Origin: Eledone cirrhosa | Lineage: Eukaryota | DNA: 64,000 nucleotides | Direction of reading: 5' to 3' | Assembly: GCA_964016885.1 (NCBI GenBank) | Contig: OZ024740.1 | Location: 317,130,001-317,194,000 of the forward strand | In this document: positions 1 through 13,600 of the stretch, one piece after another | Numbering within the stretch: the first letter of the stretch is position 1 | Layout: each line of letters begins with the position of its first letter | Position numbers and translations under genes: made by a program | The notes under the pieces: model-generated | Told to the model about the DNA's origin: nothing | Seen by the model: the letters and a program-made list of their open reading frames with translations, nothing else | Databases searched by the model: none

Positions 1-264
1 CCAGGCCGAAACAAATGAGATCGTGTAGGTGTCACGACAAAAAAACACACAGTCCACGCTGTAATGTGGCCGTGTAGGCAACACGGTAAAAACCTCCCAG
101 ACCCACAGTAAATGTGGTTGGTGTTAGGAAGGGCATCCAACTGTAGAAAACCTGACAGACAGTCCTATGCGAGCAAGACAATCACTCTTGCCTCAAGTGG
201 GACTACCCCCGTCCAAACCCATGCAAGCGTGGAACACGGACGTTAAACGTTGATGATGATGATA
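1..264 (+). mobile_element. 3' part of a modular SINE-like retroelement (48-bp module, core, RTE-type (TGA)n tail)
   Basis: GTTGGTGTTAGGAAGGGCATCCA core, CCCATGCAAGCGTGGAACACGGACGTTAAACG tail, (GAT)n. Confidence 0.75.
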
Positions 265-451
265 GACGAGAGTTGACTGAGTCTTAGTATATTACTGGTT
301 ATATTTAATCCAGTTTAGTGGGACATTAAGAAGAGTGATCATTGATCTTGATAGTATTTTAATTTAGAATGTAGCTTCACAATAGACAATTACCGTCATT
401 CTATAACAGTTCTATTATTTCTTCATTGGATATGAAGCTGTAAGGCTTTAA

Positions 452-681
452 CTCTTTCATGAGCATATTTCTAATTAACAACACTCCATTTCAATTAATT
501 AAAGAAGAATTTTGATGGTTTTACTAGAATTATTAATTATTTGATTACTGAGCTAATAACAATGTAAGGTTCTTATATAAAATTATGTTGAAAGATTTTT
601 ATTTCAATTGGAAACCTTTAAAATGGGTGGTCTTATTTCATAGAACCAGAACCTGTTTTGGCCGGGTTAGTAACAAAAGGG
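452..681. mobile_element. TTAA-flanked (piggyBac-type) MITE, family 3
   Basis: Homologous to 28078-28511 and 55525-55791; ends GTAACAAAAGGG-TTA. Confidence 0.65.
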
Positions 682-1061
682 TTAGAGGAAGGGAAATTGG
701 CAGTTCTCTACATTCAGAATATTCTCACAATAATTAAGTAACTAAAGAAGAAAGCTATGATAAAGATAAGAAGGTTATTGATGGAATTTGAAATCTTGAA
801 TCTTTAGTCAAGATCATAAGACTTTAAACATTTGACTATTGATTCCTTTCACAAGGATCTCTTCCACAAGCTCCAAATATATTTTCCACCATACATGGTG
901 AACTGGGTGCTTTTCATTGGCACTAGTGGCTGTTATGATAAGTAATCCCATTACTTACAGTTGTAGGCTATACTGCTTTATGGTACCTATTTTCAGCTTG
1001 GTGGATTGAGCCAGCAAAAGGGTCTTAATGTTTAGAAGTTATGTATATAATTTCTAAACAT

Positions 1062-1200
1062 TAGAGTTACGGCCCTTGCCATTCTAAGTTCGAATCCCGC
1101 CGAGGTTAACTTTGCCTTTCATCCTTACAGGGTCGATAAAATAAAGTACCAGTAATGCACTGGGTAATTGCTGGCCTTGTGCCCAAAAGTAGAAACAATT
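1062..1200 (+). mobile_element. tRNA-derived SINE family B, 5'-truncated
   Basis: B-box-like GTTCGAATCCC, GCCTTTCATCC...GTCGATAAAATAAAGTACCAG; near-identical to 26790-26923. Confidence 0.8.
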
Positions 1201-1289
1201 ATATACTTGTGTATAAGCTACACCTTTTCCCACAGAAATATGATGTAGGAAACCAGCATGCAACTTATTTATTAGACCTACAAAACCTC

Positions 1290-1655
1290 AATTCAAAACA
1301 TGATATGCACTCTGTAAAGTGGCAGAGATGGTGCCACGATGAAAAGCACCCAGTCCACCTTGTAGGGTGGAAGTGGTGGTGCTATTATAAAAAGCACCCA
1401 GTCTATGCTATGAGTGGTAATGCTGGTGTCATGAAGAAAAGCTTGAAGTCCACCCTGTAAGGAGCTTGTACCAGAGTTACAATAAATTACTCTTGGTACA
1501 TGCTTTAATGTGGTTGGCATTAGGAAGGGCATCCAACTGTAGAAATGAGTGTATAAGCAGGATGTAGTTACTAGGTACCAGTCAGGCCTCAGTACATAAC
1601 AGCCCATCTAATCTATGCGAACCAGAAAATAGGTGTCAAATGAAGATGATGATGA
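1290..1655 (+). mobile_element. Degenerate modular SINE-like element with tandem 48-bp modules
   Basis: Repeated AAAAGCACCCAG...CTGTAA, AGGAAGGGCATCCA core, (GAT)n tail. Confidence 0.65.
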
Positions 1656-2208
1656 TTGTAAATGTTGTATGTAAAAATGGAGGTGCAACTTAGATACTCC
1701 ATATCCCTGCATGTTGTCTGAGGCCACCAAAAAGGTTGGCATTAGGAAGGACATCTGCCTGTAAAACATTGTCAAACCATCTCATCCAAATCCATGCCAA
1801 CATGGACAAGTTGATGTAAAGGTGATGATGATATAAGATTCTGATTTTATTACTTGCAGGAATTGATCTCAGTGATCATAGTAATTATTTGATATATATA
1901 CCTGCGACTTTGGGTTGAACATCATCATCAGCATCATTTAAGGTCCACTTTCCCTGCTAGTAAGAGTTAGATGGATTTACATAGACCAAATCAGTAGTGA
2001 AGTAGGGCTACAGGCCTCCCAGACACTCGAGGGGGTGGGGTCTATTTCATTTACATTCAGTCATCTTGAGTGCAGAGATCACAAAGGGATATATTCAATT
2101 GAGCTGGATACAAATTGTTGAAGGTTACAAATAAATGCAGCAAAGCAAGGCATTTAGTTTGCTACCTTACTGTTTTTCTAATTCCCCAGTTTCTCTTTGG
2201 TTTATTAA

Positions 2209-2382
2209 CTCTTAACATCCTGTAATAATTTAACAGAAATATATCTAAAAACAGGTCTGTTAATTAAAATATTTATAGTATCTTTATTTGTAGATAGTTC
2301 GTTGTGGAAATTTGCAGTAAATTTAAGACATTTTCAAGAATGTCTTACTGATATGGTTTTATGCAGTATAGAATGTTAAGAA
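2209..2382. mobile_element. MITE family 2 (TIR CTCTTAACATCCTGTA)
   Basis: Copies at 10998-11179, 23463-23680 and 47051-47474 (the last has a nested SINE); TTAA-like flanks. Confidence 0.65.
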
Positions 2383-2455
2383 TTAGTTATAAAAGAAATA
2401 TAGTTGCCACAGTGCAGATAACTATAATAATAGTTGAATAAATCAGATAAAATAG

Positions 2456-2735
2456 AGGTGCATGGCCTAGTGGTAAGGGTGTTGGACTTATGATAATAAT
2501 GTCATGTGTTCAATTCTTGGACTGGGTTGTGTGCTGTGTTCTCGAGAAAAACTCTTAATTTCACATTGCTCCAGTACACTCAGCTGAAAATAAAAACCAG
2601 CTATAGCTTGGGAGGGATTTAACCCTGTGATTGACTGGTATCATGTCCAGGTTGAAGTCTTGTACTCTGTCACTTCACTCCATGGAAACTGGGAAAAGCA
2701 CTGGTGGTATGAGCTTCCAGGCTCTAGACAGACTT
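2456..2735 (+). mobile_element. tRNA-derived SINE, head A with body D
   Basis: A box TGGCCTAGTGG, B box GTTCAATTC; related copies at 36316-36580(-), 44930-45205(-), 47090-47395(-), 63075-63325(-). Confidence 0.7.
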
Positions 2736-2845
2736 TAGAAATCAGATAAAGTATCAGTGGCCTGATACATTTTACTAAGCTTTTGTTGGATAATAATTTC
2801 AGACCATTTGTGAAAGTATATAAATGAGATAAGTACAACTATTAA

Positions 2846-3048
2846 CCCTTTGGCATTTACATTACTCTATATATACTACTGTATTTTCGTGGTTTACCTC
2901 ACATAATATTTCACTTAATATTGAATCTATGAAATTTTGATATTATTTATTTTGAGAACAAAACCTAAACATAAGTATGAGTGGCCAGTTTGAACAGAAA
3001 GAAATGAGAGAATTCTGGCCGGATATGGCCAGTTTAAATGCTAAAGGG
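2846..3048. mobile_element. piggyBac-type MITE, family 1 (~205 bp)
   Basis: TTAA|CCCTTTGGCATTTA ... TAAATGCTAAAGGG|TTAA; copies at 23825-24033, 26655-27067 and 53545-53742. Confidence 0.85.
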
Positions 3049-3124
3049 TTAACCTTACAAATACAATAAAACAAACAATTGTTAATGCATTTTTGTAATG
3101 TTTTGCTATTTGTTATAAATCTAG

Positions 3125-3224
3125 GAGGAAGATGTGGAAACCCCGTGTGGTAATATCAGAGTTGCCATTCAAGGAGATCGAGCTAAACCAGCTATTCTAA
3201 CATTCCATGATATTGGTCTTAACC
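3125..3224 (+). CDS. NDRG: NDRG coding exon (EEDVETPCG...TFHDIGLNH)
   Basis: ctag|GAG acceptor, AACC|gtaaga donor, 100 nt, phase 0-1. Confidence 0.95.
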
Positions 3225-3400
3225 GTAAGATATATTTTCATTATTTTTATTGAGTTTGCAAGTATATCATTTTGTTTTCAGGTCACAACTATTGGTGGTT
3301 TTCTTTATATGTTTATATTGTTACATCAAAGTGGTGAAACTGGTAGAGTTGTTAGGGTGGTGGATAGAATGCTTTGCAGTATTCATTTTCCATCGCTCTT

Positions 3401-3442
<42 letters not shown>

Positions 3443-3537
3443 TCCTTCTCTCTCTCTCTCCCCTCTCTCTCTCTCTCTCCCCTCTCTCTCTCTCCCCTCT
3501 CTCTCTCTCTCTCCCCTCTCTCTCTCTCTCTCTCTCT

Positions 3538-3610
<73 letters not shown>

Positions 3611-3651
3611 CTTCTCTCTCTCTCTCTCCTCTCCTTCTCTCTCTCTCTCTC

Positions 3652-3683
<32 letters not shown>

Positions 3684-3696
3684 CTTCTCTCTCTTT

Positions 3697-3746
<50 letters not shown>

Positions 3747-3758
3747 TCTCTCTCTTTC

Positions 3759-3847
<89 letters not shown>

Positions 3848-4592
3848 TGCTGCTGCTTCTGCTTCTTTTTTTCTTTCCTTTTTCTTCTTTCTTTTTCCTC
3901 TCCCTCCTCAATAATAATAATATTGATTATGGTCAAACCTAGAGAGGGATGGGTGCCACCAGGTTTAAAATGCCCCCTCCCCTTCCCATCATCAGCAGTT
4001 ATTGGATCAGTGACAGTGATCCCTGCACATTGGTGTTTGGAACAAATATATGGCACAGGCATAACTCAATTCTGGCATTAATCTATAGATCCAACATACA
4101 CAACACACACACACACCAGAGAAGTTATGACATTCCAACCTTTCTTTGGTAGGGTTTCTATGACTGGAGACCCTTCCTAATACCAACAACATTACAGAGT
4201 GTACTGCCTGCTTTTTATTGTGGTGTCAGTACTCCACCACCATATGTATTCTGTACTATGTGGATCATCATCATCACTGCTTGATGTCTATTTTATAGCT
4301 AGGATGGGTTAAATTGACTGTCATGTAGTGAAGCTAGATTGATCAGGTGACTGTTTTGCTCATATATTTCACTTTTAGTTTGATTTCTATGGCTGGATCC
4401 CCTTCCTAATGCCAACTACTTTACAAAGTTGACTGGGGGTATTTTATAGTGACTTGAACTATCACCTTACAGGGTGGATTGGATGTTTTTTTTTGTTTGT
4501 TTTTTCTTACCGTGGCAGTCTGGCTTGAGTGCATTTTGTCATAGCATCAGCACTACCACCTTTTGATACACACACTCACTCTCACACACACA

Positions 4593-4662
<70 letters not shown>

Positions 4663-7600
4663 ATAAATGCCAGACTAAATAGTAGGTTTAAAATAATAAA
4701 TTTAAATCAGCATGGCTGTAGTCCAATGATGGAAATAAGTAAAATTAAAATGTGTGTGTTCATGTTTGATCTTGTTTCTTATTTAATCAATAGTTTAGTA
4801 TTTCACTGACTATTTTTTCACCTTAAGACTGGCACAAGGCCAGAAATTTGAAGGAGAAGGGAAAGTCGATTAAGTCGACCCCAGTGCATTACTGATGCTT
4901 TATTAATCAATCCCATAAGGATGATAATAATAATAATATTGAAATTATAATTTAAACATTTAAATCAAACTTCCGAGCAATAAGACTGGAATGTTTTGCT
5001 CTGAGAGTATCCCATACTCTGAGGAAGGGATTTTTAAGTCCCGAAATATTAGGACGTAAAAGAAAAAAGACAATAACAATAAATACTAAGTATCATAAAC
5101 TTTTTCTTTGTCTCCATTTTACCATCCATTTCACATTGTCTTAGTCTTCTTAAACATAATTATAATACACCTGAGCACTGTACACAATAATTTTCATTAT
5201 TATATATATATATATATATATACATCAATTGGGAAAATGAGAAATAAAAAGAATACTGAATCTGGTCTCAACTGCAAGCAAGGAGAAGCAGACGTAAAAT
5301 GATGATATATCATTTTCTACATTATTATTTTTTTTTATTTTTCAGATACAACTTGTTTCCAAGGATTTTTTGGATTTGCTGATATGCAACCGATCTTACG
5401 CCATTTTTGCGTATATCACCTGAATGCTCCCGGCCAGGAAGAAGGAGCTCTTCAGTTGAGACCAGAGTTAGTATTCTTTTTATTTCTTGTTTTCCCATAA
5501 TTCCTGTAATGTTAATTAGAATCAGTGTTGTATGTGTGTGTGTATATAGTTAACAGAGTAATTTTGAAAGTTCAGTTCTATGAAAAGAAGTAAGTATGTT
5601 ATCTTAAAGATATATATAGCCATATGAAGTAATGTGGCATTGTTAAAATCTTCAGCTCCTTACAAATGGGACCACGGCAATGTCTGTACTTATTAACACA
5701 CACACACACACACATACACTTAATTATATGTACATATATGGTTGTGTAAAAGTTGTGCATATGTCGACTAGAAAGCAATGGGTGTCCCTTAATAAGATCC
5801 ACACAACACCTGCCACCACAGCCTATCATCTTCATTGATGGAAAATAAAAGACAGCCCAGCATGTAACTGGAGACCCTGACCAGACAGCGCTGCATGTTG
5901 TTTTCCTGGCAGCCTGGAGGCAATCCATGACACTACAAATGATGCCTTAGTCTTGCTCACCAATTTTGATCTGTCTCTCTAACCATTGTGCATATGTAAT
6001 ACAGCTTAGAATAGGTACACTGTATCCCTGTGTGTGTCACAAGATATGACTAAAAGGGTCGGTGTTAGGAGGACATCTGGCTGTAAAATATTTCCTCAAA
6101 AAGTCCCGTTTTACATCTTACCTATTCTAATGTGGAAAAATTGATGTAAAAACGATTTTGTCATGTAGCTGGGGACATTTAATTATCTGGAACCCTTGAA
6201 TTATCATATGTTGTTGTTTAGCCCTAGGTAAGCCTCGGTTGAACAGACATATGATCAAAATCTTACAGCTGTGACCACCCTGTCCTTTTTAGATATAATA
6301 TAGAAAGACTGAGCATAAGAGGAATCAAATGCTGCGTGCAGGAGAGGCGGTTACGCTGGTATGGACATGTGATGCGTATGAAGGATGACAGCTGCATAAA
6401 AAGGTGCAGAGCACTAGAAGTTGATGGAAACCGCGGAGTGGGGAGACCCAAGATGACTTGGGATGAGGTGATAAAAGCCGACCTTACCCAACTACACCTC
6501 TCAAAGTCAATGACACACGACCGTGACTTCTGGCGTCACGCAGTAATACAGGGTACCCGACCTCCCATGGGTACATGCTGAAGCATATAAACAATATGCC
6601 CCCCCCCCCCCTCCACCGCAAGGTGGCCGTGGAGGTGCCACGGCAAAAAAGCACCCAGCCCACACTGTAAAGTGGACGTGTAGGCGCCACGAAAAAGCAC
6701 CCAGCACTCACTGTAAATGAGGTTGGTGTTAGGAAGGGCATCCAGCTGTAGAAATCAAGCCAGATCAGTTCCTGTATGAGCAAGGCATGGTCAGCCGACC
6801 AGACACTGCCCACAACAGGACAACCCGTCTAACCCATGCTAGCGTGGAAGAACGGACGTAAAACGGTGATGATGATGATGATGATGATGAAAGACCTCAT
6901 TGTCCTTTTATAAGTAGGATGTGATTTGAGGGAAACTTGACTGTTATTGTTATGTCAAGTGACTGTATTGAGGCTCTGAACTGCCATATATGATATTTGT
7001 TCTAGTAGAATGCAAACAAATAAATACAATTTATATTTTTTTTAAATTGTATGTGCCCCAGGATGGCCATAACCTCATGACTGAAACAAGTAAAAAAAAA
7101 AAGTAGTGGGATTGATATTATCAACTAAATTCCTTTTAAGGTGTTGCCCCAGCATGACCAGTCTCATGGTTGAAACTAGTAAAAGAATAAGAAAAGAAGA
7201 AAAGGAAAAATGACAAAGACACACACACATTCAAACTCAAGAGGCACTGGTGTTTCCTTTTGGCAATGCTATTTTACTAAATTTGAACAGTTCAATATTT
7301 CACTTGCTGTGATTCTATAAGAGTTCAAACAAAATTGATTTTGTTTTGATACAATTAATTAAACTTAAAATTTAAAATTTATTGCTGTTCATATATAGAT
7401 TATCTTTTATTGATGAGCTGTAGATTGGTGTTTTTCAATAAGTGGATGGAAGTACCTCCTGTTTGCATGTGTTTGTGTTGGTTTGTGTTTTAATATCAGA
7501 CTTGAAAGTGTTTATGTTTGTATGTTGGTGTGATCAAATGAAGGGTTCAACTGTTTTGGTGTTGGTAAAGTACCAAGTAAAGTTACCAGGAATATAATTG

Positions 7601-10600
7601 GTTTTACAGCTTCAATTGACAAACAGAATGAATGTTATCTATATCTGTTGGTATATAAATCAGTAGTGGTATAAATTATTTATATCTCTGAGTAGCATCA
7701 ATAGAAAGAGTTCTTGCTATTGCTTAAGCAACATGTATAAATTGAGGGAATTTAATGTTGTCTGATGATTATACATGAAAACAACCCACATGTATGTGAT
7801 CTTGTTCAACTTGATGCTATCTTCTAATAAATACCAGTGTGCATGCACCTCCCTGTATTGTGTCATGTGACATAGACATGTTGTTAAAAAATTAAAGTAA
7901 ATTGGTAGCTTTTTTTTATGAAACATTTAGTTCTTATTTTCAAATATATGTATTTCTTTCTTTTTTTTTGGCATATGAAAACTATCGAGCTGTATTGTAT
8001 TTACCCCAAACCTTTTTATTTTTAGAACCTGTTTTTGTTGTTAATATATTGGCATTTGTTCTATGAGGTGTAAGAATTTTCTCTTTATTTCATCATGTAA
8101 CTACAGTTTTGTTGATAAAAACAAAATACCTAATCTAAATGATAATTATTATATTTTGTTCTGGTGACAGATGATATCTTATTTTAGCAAAATTTAAAAA
8201 TATTAAATCACTGGAAAATATTTTTAAAATCATTGAAGGATATTTTGGATTAGGTTATCATGGCAAGAGATATAATAATTGAATATTTAAGGTATTAGCT
8301 AGTTTCACTGCAGATCATAAGTTCATATTCTGTAACCAATACTAAGTTTTCTTTGGCAGTTTATTTATTTTTCAAATACCAGGAGTAGCTTTACTTCCCA
8401 TTTTATGGATCTGAAACAAAAAGTAAACACTACAGTTATGAGTAAATGACAAGCTATGATTTATTCATCCAAACAGAAAAGAATTGAGTTTATCAGATAA
8501 TAGGTAACTTTAGTTTATGAGATTTGTTTATTAAATTTTAAGGATGGGGAAATTTCTTTGATAGATTTACAGATTTAGACATTTCTGTGAATATTCTGAA
8601 AATATATTTTTATAGTCTAATACCTTTTTTAAACAGGAAAAAGTTGTTTTAGAATTACAAAAGTAGGATATTTCCATAAGATAATATTTAATGCATTTCC
8701 AGTACAGGTGCTACAATAAGAAACATCAAATCTACTCTGTAAGATGGTAGAGCAGGTACCAGGACAAAAAGCACCCAATCCCCCCTGTAAGGGGGTAGTG
8801 CTGGTACCACAATAAAAGGCGCCCTGTCTAGTCTGTAAGGTGGTAGTGCCAGAATCATGATAAAATGTTCCCAGTACAAACTATAAAGTGGTTTGTATGA
8901 AGGGTATCCAGCCATAGAAACCATGCCAGAAACAGCATACAAGCAAGATGTGATCACCTGACCAGTCTAACCTCAGTACGTGACAACATTTCTAACCCAT
9001 GCAAGTATGGAAAATAGACATTAAATGGTGGTGATGATGATGATGAACCACAATCATAAAATAATACTAACCTGCTTAGAAGAGTTACTGTCAGTATATT
9101 CAGTCTTTAATCACCATACTTCTGCTGTCAATGATAATAATGTTCATTGTCTATCAGATATGTCTGGCACTGAACTAGGTACTACAATACCTCCAATCTT
9201 ATCTATCTCTATGTTCTGTGTCAAATTTATGAGTGACCAGGATTATATTCTGCTGGTAAGCAAGGCATACATTAACTATACATTGCAGTGGTTAGAGCAT
9301 TGGCCTCGCAATCGAAAGGTTGTGAGTTCAATTCTCAGACCGGGTGATGTGTTGTTTCCTTGAGCAAGACACTTTATTTTACATTGCTCCAGTTTACTCA
9401 GCTGTAGAAATGAGATGATAGGGACTGGAGTCCCTATCATTCCACTGCAAAGTGGTCGTGGAGGTGCCACAGCAAAAAAGCACCCAGCACTCACTGTAAA
9501 TGAGGTTGGTGTTAGGAAGGGCATCCAGCTGTAGAAATCAAGCCAGAATCAGTTCCCGTCCCACCCTTGCAAGCAGGGAAAAGCAGACATAAAATGAAAT
9601 GATGATGATGATGCATCATCCAGCTAAACTAAAGCACCATTTTGTTTTCTTCACAATTGAGTGGCTAGTATTAAAAAGGATGTCTTTCTACAAAATACTT
9701 GTTCTGACATGTAGTTATGTGAATAATCAAAACAATATAACTCACAGGAGCATAAGGGAGAGTTGAAAAATATAATAATTTAACTGTTGAGCCACCATAG
9801 CAGCTCAGAAAAAAACCCACAAAAACCCACAAAAAATATTGATACATTGATTCCTTCATGGAAATAGCAAGTGATATTGTTTATGAAAAATAAAATATAT
9901 ATTCTCAACAGAAAAGTTTGAGGTAAATTTTCATCAAAGCAAACATTATTTTCCTCTTAATATATTCCCTATTTTTTTTTTACTCTTTTAGTTAAAATAA
10001 GGCAGTTGTTTTCAGCTGGTTTCTATAATACAAAGCTGTTTATTTTAAAGCATTTATAATTATCTAAAAACCTTCCATCATGATTTCACGTAAGAATATT
10101 TCAGTTTTGTTTCAAACACCAGCTTAATAATAAGACAGGTATATTACTAAATCCCTCCAAATTCTTGATTATTTTCAAAATGATTTATGAATTATAGGAA
10201 ATATCTGTCATTAAAAATATGATAATAAGGATTAAATGATTAGAAAAGGTTTGACAAAAGAACTTAAGATTTACCTAAAGGATGCTGGTTGTTATAATGA
10301 TTATAAAAATGATAAATAGACAATGTTCTTTGTTTAGAAGATGTTCTACATTGTTATTAAAGTTTTATATAATTAATGAGCGTTCTGATTCAATGACAGA
10401 ACATACAATATTTATTAACTAGTAAAATTGGTTTTATATAGATTACACTGATGTAGCTCTTATGTGGCTTTTGTTAATCACCTTCCAACTAATATGGATG
10501 ATGTTTGGTACTTCTGACAATGTTGCAGTTGTTCAGTCAATATGATAGATTACTCATGAAATAAACGTGTAAGTGGCTGAGTATTCCACAGATGCATGTA

Positions 10601-13600
10601 CCCTTCATGTAATTCTCAAGGAAATTAAGTATGATAAAGCTGGCCCTTTAAATTACAAGTTCAGTTCATTCAGTGGGTTTCTAAACCGTTTCTGTCTACC
10701 TAATTTCCCTCACAATACTTGACTTGTTTTGAAGCTATGGTAAAATACTCTTGCCCAAGAGGCCATGTAACAGGATTGAACCCAAAACCTCATTACTGTG
10801 AAACAAACTTTTTAACTATTTAACCATGCCTGTGTCCACTGCTATTTGATGATCAGCCACAAAACATTCCATATTTGTAGTTCTTCTGTTATTTCAGTAT
10901 TGATAGACCACACTGAACTTTGTGTTACATCACACCATTCTTCTAATCTATGACTATTATTGTCTATGCAGGTTTCAGTACTGTAAGGTCTATTTAACTC
11001 TTAACATCCTGTACCACATGAAACCACATTGGCAAGCCATTCATGAAAAGTACAAAACAACACTATGGCAGCTTCACATTAAAAAGATCTGTCTACTACT
11101 AGTAAAGATTGTATAAACATTTGAATTAACAAACATGTTTTTAGATATTTTATACTAAATCATTAAAGAGTGTTAAGAGCCTGTTTATTGGATATAGTTT
11201 CAGTTAGATTTTCTTTTTCTATTTGGATCCCATACTGTGTGTATCTGGTTTAAAATAGCTACACCATATTCCTGCATGTCGTAAGAAGTAAGTAGAAAGG
11301 TTGACATCAGGAAAGGCATCTGACCATAAAGCATTGCCTGAAAAAGAACCCTATGATGGGTATGAAGCTTGTTATGTGTCCCACAAGGCTAACTCCTACT
11401 TTAGCAAGGAAAATAGCCTTAAAACACTTGTGATATGTGTTGTATCTGTCAAGATACTATTTAAAATAAAACAGAATAGCTTCATTGTGATATCTATATT
11501 TTCATATAATTTGTTAAAGTTGGGAGGTTAGCTTTACCATAAAACTAATTTCTTCTGCTGTTAGATCATAGAGTTTTATATAGTATGATCTTCATAAGCA
11601 TGTTGAAACCAATGTTTCTTTTTTCTTGTCTGTCAGTTATTTTCAGCCATTAGATGGTGGTTTACAGAGAAATTAATAAATGACCTTTTTTTTTTTCATA
11701 CTGAATTAATGAATTATCACTACGGTTGAATTTATAGTTCTACACTGTACGTGAGCAATCTATTTCTACACAAGTAGTTTCAGGCTTTGAGCCTCATCAG
11801 TATTGCTGCTTACAACACCAGTTGTATGCCAAAATAATTCAGTAGATTCTCTGATATTTTATTAAACTACTCTAAAAGACACTGCTGCATGTTAAATTAT
11901 CTGCCTATCCGTCTAGCATGTATATTATTACATAGGTTCGCTTTCCACCCATCCACTCTATCAAATATTCATTTCTTATAAATTAGTTTCATTATTCCTA
12001 CTGTTTATCATTGTAGAATTTCCTTCCATTTTTTTGTTGTTGTTATTATCATCCAGCATGATTTATTTTTATTTGCAAATTATTCAACATTGTTTATTGG
12101 TCTCATAATTTTCTCATTGATATACTAATGAAACAAAAACAAAGATTTTAGATAAACCAGTAATAATTATTATCTCCTTAATATATATTTTTATACAAAA
12201 TGCTTATGCAGTATTGTCTCTTATACTCTTTTTCTATTGTCTCTGCACACTTTCTCTCTATTAAACTGTCAACTCTAACCACTTGACAACAGACCCTCAT
12301 TATTATTATTATTATAATTCTGAAAATATTTGCTTTGTTTTTGTTGTTAGAACAAATAATAGAATTTTCTTTTAGAATATCAGTGAGAAATGGTTTCTCT
12401 TGAGTAATTAGATTACCGTTTCTTGTCCACTCATGTCTTTGCTATTTTGTTGCTCTAAGACTATATGTAGTGTTAAGCATTTGTGCTGTTTTAAATATTA
12501 TTAGGCAAGATGCCCTTGGTAATCCTGAGACCCTTAATGGGAACAGGTCAGTATGCAGTTCTTCTTAGATTTTAGTCTTACACAACTAGCGTCTTGCTTG
12601 CTATCACGTTTACAGCAGTTTATTTCTTCCCCTCCTGCTTTCACTGCTATATATTATTATTTTTTTAAACCCTTCCCTCCTTCTGTTTTCTGAAGTGATC
12701 ATAATTCTAATTAAAACAGGCACTTAATAATTATACAAACGATACAATGCATGTTATATACATTTCTAAATCCCAAATTTAACCTATAAACTCTCCGTTT
12801 TCAGGGATATTATCTTTAATAATTATTTGAACCCTTTTAATATATCTTTATTATTATTATTTATTATTATTATTGTAATATTAGTAATAATAAATAATGA
12901 TATAATTTTTTTCATGAGAAATACATTTTCTGTTTTTATATAGATGATTTTTTTGTGTGTTTGTTTTTACGATTTCTTAGTTTAACTAGTATAAATTCAC
13001 TGGGAAAAAAATCACTGATGCATTTACCTATAGTATACTAACATGGACATATTCTCTGTGACTTCTATTTTACAACATTATAAGGATGAATCATTATTAC
13101 TGTTCATGGTAGCTGTGTAATAATAATAATATAGAAATATATTATCTAACATCTACACAAGCTCATATGAAAGTGTACTGGTCTATCTGTGTTGTAAAAT
13201 TAAATTATTAACCAAGCAGGGAAAAGCGGATGTAAAATGATGATGATGATGATTTGCAGTACCTTTGCTGTGTAAAACAACAATGTAAAGTCTTCAAGAG
13301 TTTTTATGTTAAGAAATGAAACCTTTTCAATTTTCTTATTTAAAAAACCCAAATCACTTCAGACTCCATTTTGTTAACAATTGTTATTTTTCCGTGTGTT
13401 GGTGAATATCCAACTGTTCACTAAATCCACAATTGAACCCACTGCCGATCTTAATCCTTCTTTTAGTACACTAATCCAACTTTGAAGTTTATAAGAGTTC
13501 ACGTTTGTTCATGATAAAATACTATTTTGATATTATTTTTTATTATTCTTTAGCATCGTTGTAATTGAATTATCTGGAAGGATTTTATATAAATTCCTAT

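Noticed and set aside
1860-2125. Candidate upstream NDRG exons near 1860 and 2061
   Set aside because: No NDRG-like translation or convincing phase-0 donor; N-terminal exons probably lie outside the window
3207-4081. Long ORFs of 158-236 aa (SL and ER repeats)
   Set aside because: Artefacts of the stop-free (TC)n microsatellite
11738-11746. Possible 9-nt microexon (tatag|TTCTACACT|gtacgt)
   Set aside because: Poor pyrimidine tract; only frame compatibility supports it
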